Source: a virus (taxonomy: Duplodnaviria > Caudoviricetes). From it: a stretch of 36,822 nt of DNA. The translations under genes and the position numbers were made by a program. The stretch's first letter is position 1. Every line of letters starts with the position of its first letter. Where the stretch lies: positions 1 to 36,822 of the IMG/VR virus record IMGVR_UViG_3300037419_000253, one strand, 5' to 3'. The notes under the pieces were generated by a model, which was not told the origin of the DNA, made no database searches, and worked only from the letters and a program-made list of their open reading frames with translations. This document shows positions 17,189-25,627 of the stretch, piece after piece.

Positions 17189-20100
17189 ACAGATTTAAAT
17201 CATTTAATTGGCTACATTACTGCGGTGCAATCAAGTACAAGAGAAAGTGGTACAGTCGTTGGTAACTCAATGAAAACCATTTTATCACGTATCACAACGA
17301 TTGAAGATGCAGGAAAATCTCTTAAAACTGTTGGTATAGATATTAAAGATATGACAGGTAGCGTTAGAAAAACAGATGATATTTTAGGAGATTTAGCAAA
17401 ATCTTGGAATTTCTTAACAGATTCTCAAAAACAAAATATCGCAATCAACGTAGCAGGTCGCCAACATATTACTAGATTTTTAGCGTTAATGGATAACTGG
17501 AAAATTGTAACTGATGCTACCGCTACTTCTCAACATGCACAAGGTTCTGCAATGAGAGAAAATGCTAGATACATGGATAGCATGGAAGCAAAATTAAATT
17601 CATTAAAAACTTCATGGCAAGAACTTTCATTGGCAATGGGTAAAGCAGTAATGAATGATGCTTTCTTTGGTGTAACAAGTATCCTACAAGGAATGTCTCA
17701 AGGTGCTATTTTCTTAGTTAGTAAATTTGGTTTACTTCCTAGTGTAATTGGACTTGTAGCTATAAGTTTTATCTTATTAAATAAAAAATTACAAGAGTCT
17801 ATACTTAGTACAGGAAGATATTCTTTAGCTATTGAAAATTTAAAAAGAGCAGAAAATGGTCTTGCTATTAATAACACTAGACTTGCAACATCAATAGAAA
17901 CAAAAAATGTTGCTATGCGTGGTGTATATGCTACTGTTGGAAGAACTGAAATGGCTTTCAGAGGATTAGGTTCGGTAATTGCAGGAGCAGGTCGTTCTTT
18001 AATGGCTCTAGCACCCGAAATTGCAATTGTAACAGGTCTTGGTTGGGCAATTGAAAAATTAATTGGTGCTTTTGGTAAATGGTCGGAAGAAAAAGCTAAA
18101 GATGAAAGAGAAAACAAAGCATTATCAGAAGCATATCGTAGTCATGGCAAAGATATTAGTGATTTAATTAATCAATATGATGAATTAAACAGTCGAACAG
18201 GATTATCGTCAGAGAAAGAACAAGAGAAGTTAGATATTGCAAATAAATTATCTGCATTAATGCCTTCACTTGTAAAACATACAACTGATGATGGACAAGC
18301 ACATTTATTTACTGTTGAGCAGATGAAAAAACAACTAGAATTAGCTAAACAAATTGCAGAAGTTGAAAGCAAGAAAAAAGCTAAACAAAAAGATTCTGAC
18401 ACAGGTGACGATATCAAAGCTTACAATACAAAAGCTAATCAACTAGAGGAAATGAAGAAAAAAGTTGAAGAACTTAAAGCAAACATTGAAAATCAACGAA
18501 CTCTAGGAAATACTGAATTAGTTAATGCAGGAGAAATCGAGTTATTAGAGTGGGAAGCTAAACTAATGAAACTTGAGTCTGCTACTGCAAAAGCTAAAGA
18601 TACAGTAAGCAATGATATTAGAGATTTAGTGAATAAAAGTGTTAAAGAATTAGGTAATTTTAAAGCACCAAAATCAATAGAAGAATCTATTAAAAACATG
18701 TTTACAGATGGTAAAGTAACAGGTCAAATGTTATCTGATTACAGAGGATTTGTATCTCAAATGACTACTGCCTCTCAAAAATTGCAAGATGCTTTAAACA
18801 TGAAGATTAAAGGTGATGAAGGAACTGCCGAATTCAATAAGTCAATGAAGGATAGACAAACTGCTATTCGACAAGCAACTTCTGATTTAATGGGTCTACA
18901 TGAAAGTTATGGAGTTTCTGTATCTGACATTTGGGCTTTAACTGATTCAGTTAAAAAACAAAATGATGAAGTAAAAAATACAGGAGATGGCATTGTCCAC
19001 TATAACTCTAGTTTAGATGAGTTAGATACTATCACAACTACTACTTCTCAAAACATTGAATTGATAACAAATGCAATTGCAGAATATAATGCTACTCAAA
19101 AATTAAGCAAAAAGACAGTAGACGACATAATTCAACAATATCCTCAATTAGAAAAATATCAAAACAATGAGAAGCAATTGGTTAAAGAAATCACTAAATT
19201 ACGTGATGGTGAAGCAGAGGCAGAAAGACGAGCATTTAACTTAAAATTAGCATATAATAATAATTATATCAAGAATTTAGCAAGTCTTTATGGTGTTGAA
19301 ATAAATAATTGGAAAAATAAAGCACAAGCACAGTTACAAATTGAAAACTCATTAATTCAAGCATTAGGAACAAACTGGAATAAGTTTTTCAATGCGAACC
19401 AAGATAAGTTGACAGAGCAAGGTAGATATGCTATGAAACTTGCAAAAATTGGAGCAGAAGATGGTTCTAAGTCTGCACAAGGATTTATTGGTGGTATTAA
19501 TGGTGTTTTAACAGGTCAATACAAACAGGCTTTAGACTTAGTTGACCAAATTCAATATACAACTGCTAACTTTATTAAACCTGCTACACAATCTTATGAG
19601 ACTAAACCAACGAAAACTTCAAAACCTAAAAAATCAAGTTCATCATCTTCTGATAAAGACCCTACTAAGTTAAACCAAACTGCTAATCAAGTTGCAATTG
19701 ACAGATTAAATTCTGAAATTGCAGTAATCGAAAAGAAGAATGAGTTACTTGATAAAGGGTCTAAAGCATATCGTGATAATCTACTTGTTATTATTGCTAA
19801 AGAAAAAGAATTACAGAAAAGATATACAACAGAACAAAATGACATTCAAAAGAAAATCAATTCTGATAATTCAAAAATCAAAAGTTTTGAAAAAGGTGGA
19901 GTATCTAAGAAGGAACTTGATTCATACAATAAATTAAAAAATGAAGTGGCAGACCTAACTAAAAAATTAGGAGAAGCTAAAGTAAATCTTCAAGATACTA
20001 CAAATGACATTGCTAAAAATTATGCTTCTATCAATGAATCTTTAATAGCAGGAATTAACTCTTTACTTGATTCGACTGTTCAAAAATACAACAATATATC

Positions 20101-21520
20101 TGATATGTTATCAAAATTAGACAAAGATATTTCTGTTGCACAAGCTTATGACAAAGATGGTTCTTCAACATCAACAGTTATAGCAAAAGAACAAGAAAAG
20201 ATTAAATTATTAAAGATACAACAAGGTTTGGTTGCTCAAGATATTGCAACATTACAAAAAAGTTTAAATTCTAATAAAAATAATAAAGTAATTACAGAAC
20301 AAGTTAATGCATTATTAAAAGAAAAATTAGCATTACAAGATGATGTAAATGTTGCTCTTGCTCAAGAAAGAAAAAATTTAAATGATATTCGTAGCGATAT
20401 TGCAGACAAAATTATTGAAGCAGAGAAAAAATATTATGAGCAAAAAAGAGATTCTGAATTAAAAGCAATTGATGATTCAATTGAAGCATATGAGAAAGAA
20501 TACACTATTAAGATGAAAGGTTATGATGACCAACTTAAAGCTATTGACGATATCTATAATGCTCAATTGAAAAGTATTCGTGATACAAAAGATAAAGATG
20601 ATTATAATCGTAATCTACAAAAATCACAAGATGAAGCACAAGCTATCCAAAATAAAATAAATGCTCTATCATTAGATGACTCTATGGAAGCAAAAGCTAA
20701 AAAAGAGGAACTTGCTAAACAATTAGCAGATAAGCAAATGGAAATAGAAGATATGGTAAGAGAACACAATTACCAACTTCAAGAAAATGCTATCAATGAT
20801 AGTAAGGATGCAGATGAAAAAGCACTTCAAGGTAAAAAAGATGCTCTAGATAAAGAGAAAGATGAATTTGAACAATCACAAGACGATAAGCGTAAAGCAA
20901 TTGAAAAAATGTATGATGACATTTTAAATAATGAATTATTTTGGAAACAAAAACATGATAATATTGTACAAGGTGCTTTAAGTGATGATATTAGTAAAAT
21001 GCAAGAATTCGTCAAAGATGTTCAAGGTCATATGGAGAATCTTGGAACAGTTATTCAAAATAACTTAGTTGCTAATTTGACAGACGCTTTTAATCTATTA
21101 AAACAAATTAGTGATATTCCATTACCATCATTATCAGATTATACAGATAGTGACTACACTCACTCTCAAATTAAAGATAATGTTGTCTCTGCTAAAGACA
21201 GAGGTGGAACTATAAATAAATCGGCTTATGTTAGTTTGGATACAGGTGGTCATACAGGAAACTTTGATGGTGGTAAATTAGCACTTCTCCATGAAAAAGA
21301 GTTAGTCCTTAACAAAATGGATACTTCAAACATCTTGACAGTTGTTTCTATGGTTCGTGATTTATTTAGTGGTAAAGCAACTCAAAACAATAATCCTTCT
21401 TCTTCTGATAACAGACCAATACAAATTATCATTGATAAAATGTATGGAACACAGAAAGATATCGACAACACATTGGATTTAATGGAAAAAGGATTGAAGT
21501 CTAGAGGATTGGTTAAATAA
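17189..21520 (+). CDS. Tape measure protein, exon 2 (1443 aa; spliced product about 2202 aa)
   Basis: Resumes the TMP core (TDLNHLIGYITAVQSSTRESGTVVGNSMKTILSRI), then a hydrophobic segment, long coiled coils and a C-terminal DTGGHTG..LHEKELVLN motif. Confidence 0.9.
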   Translation, partial: TDLNHLIGYITAVQSSTRESGTVVGNSMKTILSRITTIEDAGKSLKTVGIDIKDMTGSVRKTDDILGDLAKSWNFLTDSQKQNIAINVAGRQHITRFLALMDNWKIVTDATATSQHAQGSAMRENARYMDSMEAKLNSLKTSWQELSLAMGKAVMNDAFFGVTSILQGMSQGAIFLVSKFGLLPSVIGLVAISFILLNKKLQESILSTGRYSLAIENLKRAENGLAINNTRLATSIETKNVAMRGVYATVGRTEMAFRGLGSVIAGAGRSLMALAPEIAIVTGLGWAIEKLIGAFGKWSEEKAKDERENKALSEAYRSHGKDISDLINQYDELNSRTGLSSEKEQEKLDIANKLSALMPSLVKHTTDDGQAHLFTVEQMKKQLELAKQIAEVESKKKAKQKDSDTGDDIKAYNTKANQLEEMKKKVEELKANIENQRTLGNTELVNAGEIELLEWEAKLMKLESATAKAKDTVSNDIRDLVNKSVKELGNFKAPKSIEESIKNMFTDGKVTGQMLSDYRGFVSQMTTASQKLQDALNMKIKGDEGTAEFNKSMKDRQTAIRQATSDLMGLHESYGVSVSDIWALTDSVKKQNDEVKNTGDGIVHYNSSLDELDTITTTTSQNIELITNAIAEYNATQKLSKKTVDDIIQQYPQLEKYQNNEKQLVKEITKLRDGEAEAERRAFNLKLAYNNNYIKNLASLYGVEINNWKNKAQAQLQIENSLIQALGTNWNKFFNANQDKLTEQGRYAMKLAKIGAEDGSKSAQGFIGGINGVLTGQYKQALDLVDQIQYTTANFIKPATQSYETKPTKTSKPKKSSSSSSDKDPTKLNQTANQVAIDRLNSEIAVIEKKNELLDKGSKAYRDNLLVIIAKEKELQKRYTTEQNDIQKKINSDNSKIKSFEKGGVSKKELDSYNKLKNEVADLTKKLGEAKVNLQDTTNDIAKNYASINESLIAGINSLLDSTVQKYNNISDMLSKLDKDISVAQAYDKDGSSTSTVIAKEQEKIKLLKIQQGLVAQDIATLQKSLNSNKNNKVITEQVNALLKEKLALQDDVNVALAQERKNLNDIRSDIADKIIEAEKKYYEQKRDSELKAIDDSIEAYEKEYTIKMKGYDDQLKAIDDIYNAQLKSIRDTKDKDDYNRNLQKSQDEAQAIQNKINALSLDDSMEAKAKKEELAKQLADKQMEIEDMVREHNYQLQENAINDSKDADEKALQGKKDALDKEKDEFEQSQDDKRKAIEKMYDDILNNELFWKQKHDNIVQGALSDDISKMQEFVKDVQGHMENLGTVIQNNLVANLTDAFNLLKQISDIPLPSLSDYTDSDYTHSQIKDNVVSAKDRGGTINKSAYVSLDTGGHTGNFDGGKLALLHEKELVLNKMDTSNILTVVSMVRDLFSGKATQNNNPSSSDNRPIQIIIDKMYGTQKDIDNTLDLMEKGLKSRGLVK

Positions 21521-21548
21521 AGAGATGGAGTATTCCATCTCTTTTATT
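21518..21548 (+). terminator. Rho-independent terminator after TMP
   Basis: AAAGAGATGGA-GTAT-TCCATCTCTTT followed by TATT. Confidence 0.75.
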
Positions 21549-21571
21549 ATATTAAGAAAGGAGTAGATTAT

Positions 21572-22336
21572 ATGATTGAAAATTTAGATTTTTACTATGA
21601 TGGTATATCATCTATTGATATGGGTTTAATCAATGTTCAAACTGATAGTGGATTATTTAAAGAACAATTACTACCAAACAGAAATATTGAAGAGGTCAAA
21701 ATTCGTGGAAATGATAAGCCATATTTTCAAGATTTAACCTTTGAACCTTTAGAATTTAGTTTAACATTTGGTTTTTCAGAATCATTTGACACAGATAAAC
21801 TGCGTTCAGTAGCGAGATGGTTAAATCAAGATTACTATAAGCCATTTTATTTTTCAGATAGAATAGATAGAATTTTTTATTGTATGCCAGTTGGTGAAAC
21901 AATGTTAAACCATAATGGTTTAGGAGAAGGATATGTGACATTAAAAATGAGATGTGATGGAGCATATTCATATACCAATATGTTTGAAACTCCTACTTAT
22001 AACTCAACATCTACAACAACATATACTGATATTGTTTTTGATAATATTGGAGATACAATTGTTTATCCTACTTTATTCATAGAAAAGGTAGGCACAGGAG
22101 ATGTGGAAATTTTCAATACAACAACAGGAGAAACGATGCTAATTACAGGATTAGCAGATGGTGAAAATTTGGTAGTAGATTCAGAGAAAGAGTCTATTAC
22201 AACAGATATTCCAATGACATACAGATATTCAAATTTTAACGACAATTATATATACCTAACAACAGGAACTAACAACCTAAGACTAAAAGGAGTATATAAT
22301 CTATATATTAGATATTACTTTAAAATATTAGGTTAG
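21572..22336 (+). CDS. Distal tail protein (Dit)
   Basis: 254 aa right after TMP, with FYYDGISS.DMGL, PLEFSLTF, DNIGD..VYP and LTTGTNNL motifs typical of siphophage Dit. Confidence 0.85.
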   Translation: MIENLDFYYDGISSIDMGLINVQTDSGLFKEQLLPNRNIEEVKIRGNDKPYFQDLTFEPLEFSLTFGFSESFDTDKLRSVARWLNQDYYKPFYFSDRIDRIFYCMPVGETMLNHNGLGEGYVTLKMRCDGAYSYTNMFETPTYNSTSTTTYTDIVFDNIGDTIVYPTLFIEKVGTGDVEIFNTTTGETMLITGLADGENLVVDSEKESITTDIPMTYRYSNFNDNYIYLTTGTNNLRLKGVYNLYIRYYFKILG

Positions 22337-22347
22337 GAGTGTTTAAT

Positions 22348-25300
22348 TTGGCTTCTCACAGTAATTATAATCCAATTATAGTGCAACATAGAAGCGTAGC
22401 AATTGACATCACAGAAAATTTAGTTGTTCATAATAGTAAAGCAATTTTAACAGAAATTGCAGACAAATTTTATAAAGTTTCAGTCAATTTATTTACCGAA
22501 GTTGAGCAAATAGAACATGGTGTAACACCTACTTTATTATCCAATCAATTTTGGGTAGATTATCAAATGGGAGTAATTAATTTTCATTCATCTATTGCAG
22601 ATGGAACAACTGTTACTGCTACCTATAAAGGTAGAGGGTTAGTTCAATATCCTGCACAACGTATTTATTATCAAGATGGAGACATAATTAAGAGTTTAAC
22701 AGATATTATAAATCAGAGTAGTACAGGTGGTGGAAATGGAACTGTTACATGGGAAAGTATAACAGGGAAACCAACAACATTTTATACTCATCCATCAACC
22801 CATCCTGCAACAATGATTACAGAAGATTCAACCCATAGATGGACAACAGATGTAGAAAAATCGAATTGGAATGGTAAAGCTAATGCAAGTCATACTCATA
22901 CAATTACAGATGTAACAGGATTGCAAAATGCATTGGATGGAAAAGCAAGTTCATCTCATGCACATACGTTGTCAAATATCACAGACATTGATTTGACAGG
23001 TAATACAGATGGATATGTATTGACTTACGAATTGGCAAGTGGAAAATTCAAACCAAAACAACCTGCTAGTGGTGGCGGTAGTAGTAGCACAGGTTCTACA
23101 TCATATCTATTAGAATTGACTAGATGGAATGTTAAAAATGATGGAACAAGTGCTACAACAACATCTCAAGGAATTAATGATGCTATGGCTTGGGCAGTAT
23201 CAAATGGATATACTGAAATCGTTTTGCCCAAAGGTACATATTTAATTGATGAAACAAAGCCAATTGAACCACAAAGCTATTTAACATTGAATTTAAATGG
23301 TTCTACGTTAAAAATAAGAGCAAATGGACTTCAAGGATATTCCGTTATTAGTTTTGATAAAAACCAAATTTATTCAAGAATTACCAATGGTATTATCTTG
23401 GGCGATAGAGACACACATGATTATTCTAGTGGCGGTACATTTGAAGGTGGGTATGGTATTCAAGTTGGAAGTTTTAATCCTCCTGCAAACGGTGGATGTA
23501 ATACTAGATATATTATATTAGATAATCTAGACATCAATGGTTTTACAGGTGATTCAATTACCTTAAATAGTGATTTTGGTCAAATTTCACCTTTACCATC
23601 TACATTAGCAAGTTCATGGCAACAAGGAGATATTGATACAACCACAGGTGCATTAGTAAGTAGTACTAGTAAAATTCGTTCAACATTGAATATAAGTATG
23701 ACACAATCTGCAATTGTTAAATATGGTTATTTTGGACTATATGGAGATGGATATGGTGCATTAGGTAGCGATATTGTATGTGATTACTATAATGTGTATT
23801 TTTATCGTGTTGATAACTCATTTATTTCAAGCGTTACATTGGTCAATTTCTTTGATGAGGTAGAAGTACCTAGTGGTTCATCATATGCAAAAGTAGTACT
23901 TCATCAATCAACTGTACCTGTTTCTGCAAACACTTCAATCAATGTTCGTGTCGCAACATTCCCACGCTTTGTTTATATTGAGAAGTGTAATATACACCAT
24001 AATAGACGACAAGGGATAAGTGTTTGTGGAGCAAAAAATGTTTATATTCAAGATAATGAGATTCATCATATTGGTGGAACAACAAACTTGACAGGTACAG
24101 ACCCAATGGGTGGTATTGATGTTGAAGATGGATATGACCTAAACCAATTCATACATATTGATAAAAACAATTTCCATGACAATGAGAAGTACAATATTAT
24201 TGTTGTAAACGGAAAAGGTATTTATATTACTAATAATACATTATTAAAAATTAATAATCAAAATATGGTAAGTCTAGCAATCAATGGTGGAGTAGACCGT
24301 TCTGTTATTTCAAATAATATTATTCGTCATGGACAGGTCGGGATAGGTGGAGAATGTCAATTTGTAAATAATCATGTATACGGAACACAAGTAAACTTTA
24401 CTTCTGTTTATGCTACTAGACCGATTAACGTTGTAGGGAATACATTCTACAACTGTAAGACAGTAATTGACACACCTTATGCTTATTTAAATACGATTTC
24501 TGATTGTCGTTTTATCAATGATTATGACAAGTTAAATTCAACATCAAACTATCAATGGACTATTGAATATAAAAATCAACCTCAACGTTTTTCAAACTGT
24601 ACGTTTGAAGGTTCAGATGTTGCTTATTTCAGTTCTGTTCCAACTACTGCAACGAAACAAAACTGGATATTTGAAAATTGTTTATTTAAAGGAATTGCTT
24701 TACCGATGTTAGGTCGTATTGTCAATTGCGTTGGGGATGGAGCAAGTATCTTTTCCGCTTACTCATCAAGCACAGGAACGACAACCGATGTATTGGAATT
24801 AATCAATTGTAAATTCACAAGTACCGACTCGTTTAATACAGTTTTTACAGTAAGTGGATTAAAATCATTCCGCATGGAAAACTGTTACTTTGAGAAAACT
24901 TCGGGTTGGTTAATGAGTATACAAAATATCACCCAAGATGTTGTGATTAAAAACAATGTGTTCAGAGTTGTAAATGATGCGTTTGGTCGAACAATGTTAA
25001 CATTTACTTCTGCTTTTACAGGTACAGACATTGTAGTTACAGGCAATTTCTTTACTTCTGTTAATCAAATGCAATCAATCGACAATCAAACGACAAACAA
25101 CCCAAAATTCATTATCAAAGATAATGTAATGAAAAAAGCAAGTATCATTTTTAATGGAACTGAAACATTAAAGAACAATGCAATTGATGGAGTAATTGAC
25201 CCATATTTTAATGTTACAACAGACCCTAGTTCATTAAAATATGTAAAAGGACAAGTATTGTATAATTCAAATCCTGCAAGTGGTGGATATTTAGGATGGG

Positions 25301-25527
25301 TATGTACAACTAGTGGTACTGCTAATAAATCTGCTTGGGCAGGAACAACATCTTACACAGTCAACACATTGGTAAATGCAAACGGTAAAGTATATAAATG
25401 TACGGTTGCAGGAACAAGTGGTTCAACTGCCCCATCGCATACAACAGGTACTGCAACTGATGGAACAGTTACTTGGCAATATATTGATGTGTTGGCAGTG
25501 TTTAAGCAATTTGGTTTAATTAATTAG
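22348..25527 (+). CDS. Tail spike / depolymerase-like receptor-binding protein (right-handed beta-helix)
   Basis: N-terminal anchor domain, HxH fibre repeats, pectate-lyase-like start (INDAMAWA..EIVLPKGTYLI), parallel beta-helix repeats (HHNRRQGISV, IQDNEIHH, GIDVE), and a C-terminal CBM5/12-like motif. TTG 22348 follows the AGGAG RBS. Confidence 0.8.
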   Translation: MASHSNYNPIIVQHRSVAIDITENLVVHNSKAILTEIADKFYKVSVNLFTEVEQIEHGVTPTLLSNQFWVDYQMGVINFHSSIADGTTVTATYKGRGLVQYPAQRIYYQDGDIIKSLTDIINQSSTGGGNGTVTWESITGKPTTFYTHPSTHPATMITEDSTHRWTTDVEKSNWNGKANASHTHTITDVTGLQNALDGKASSSHAHTLSNITDIDLTGNTDGYVLTYELASGKFKPKQPASGGGSSSTGSTSYLLELTRWNVKNDGTSATTTSQGINDAMAWAVSNGYTEIVLPKGTYLIDETKPIEPQSYLTLNLNGSTLKIRANGLQGYSVISFDKNQIYSRITNGIILGDRDTHDYSSGGTFEGGYGIQVGSFNPPANGGCNTRYIILDNLDINGFTGDSITLNSDFGQISPLPSTLASSWQQGDIDTTTGALVSSTSKIRSTLNISMTQSAIVKYGYFGLYGDGYGALGSDIVCDYYNVYFYRVDNSFISSVTLVNFFDEVEVPSGSSYAKVVLHQSTVPVSANTSINVRVATFPRFVYIEKCNIHHNRRQGISVCGAKNVYIQDNEIHHIGGTTNLTGTDPMGGIDVEDGYDLNQFIHIDKNNFHDNEKYNIIVVNGKGIYITNNTLLKINNQNMVSLAINGGVDRSVISNNIIRHGQVGIGGECQFVNNHVYGTQVNFTSVYATRPINVVGNTFYNCKTVIDTPYAYLNTISDCRFINDYDKLNSTSNYQWTIEYKNQPQRFSNCTFEGSDVAYFSSVPTTATKQNWIFENCLFKGIALPMLGRIVNCVGDGASIFSAYSSSTGTTTDVLELINCKFTSTDSFNTVFTVSGLKSFRMENCYFEKTSGWLMSIQNITQDVVIKNNVFRVVNDAFGRTMLTFTSAFTGTDIVVTGNFFTSVNQMQSIDNQTTNNPKFIIKDNVMKKASIIFNGTETLKNNAIDGVIDPYFNVTTDPSSLKYVKGQVLYNSNPASGGYLGWVCTTSGTANKSAWAGTTSYTVNTLVNANGKVYKCTVAGTSGSTAPSHTTGTATDGTVTWQYIDVLAVFKQFGLIN

Positions 25528-25533
25528 TAATCA

Positions 25534-25627
25534 GTGAACAAATACAATAAATAATCAATATATAAAGTGAGAGATGTTATTCTCTCACTTTTATTTTTTT
25601 TATAACAAAGGGGGAAAGTAAATGGCA
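25534..25627 (+). repeat. Intergenic direct repeat copy A (18-nt motif + terminator hairpin + RBS + ATGGCA)
   Basis: First 40 nt are 38/40 identical to 33881-33920. Hairpin AAAGTGAGAGA/TCTCTCACTTT followed by a T-tract. Confidence 0.85.
25564..25601 (+). terminator. Rho-independent terminator
   Basis: 11-bp stem 25564-25591 followed by TATTTTTTTT. Confidence 0.8.
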
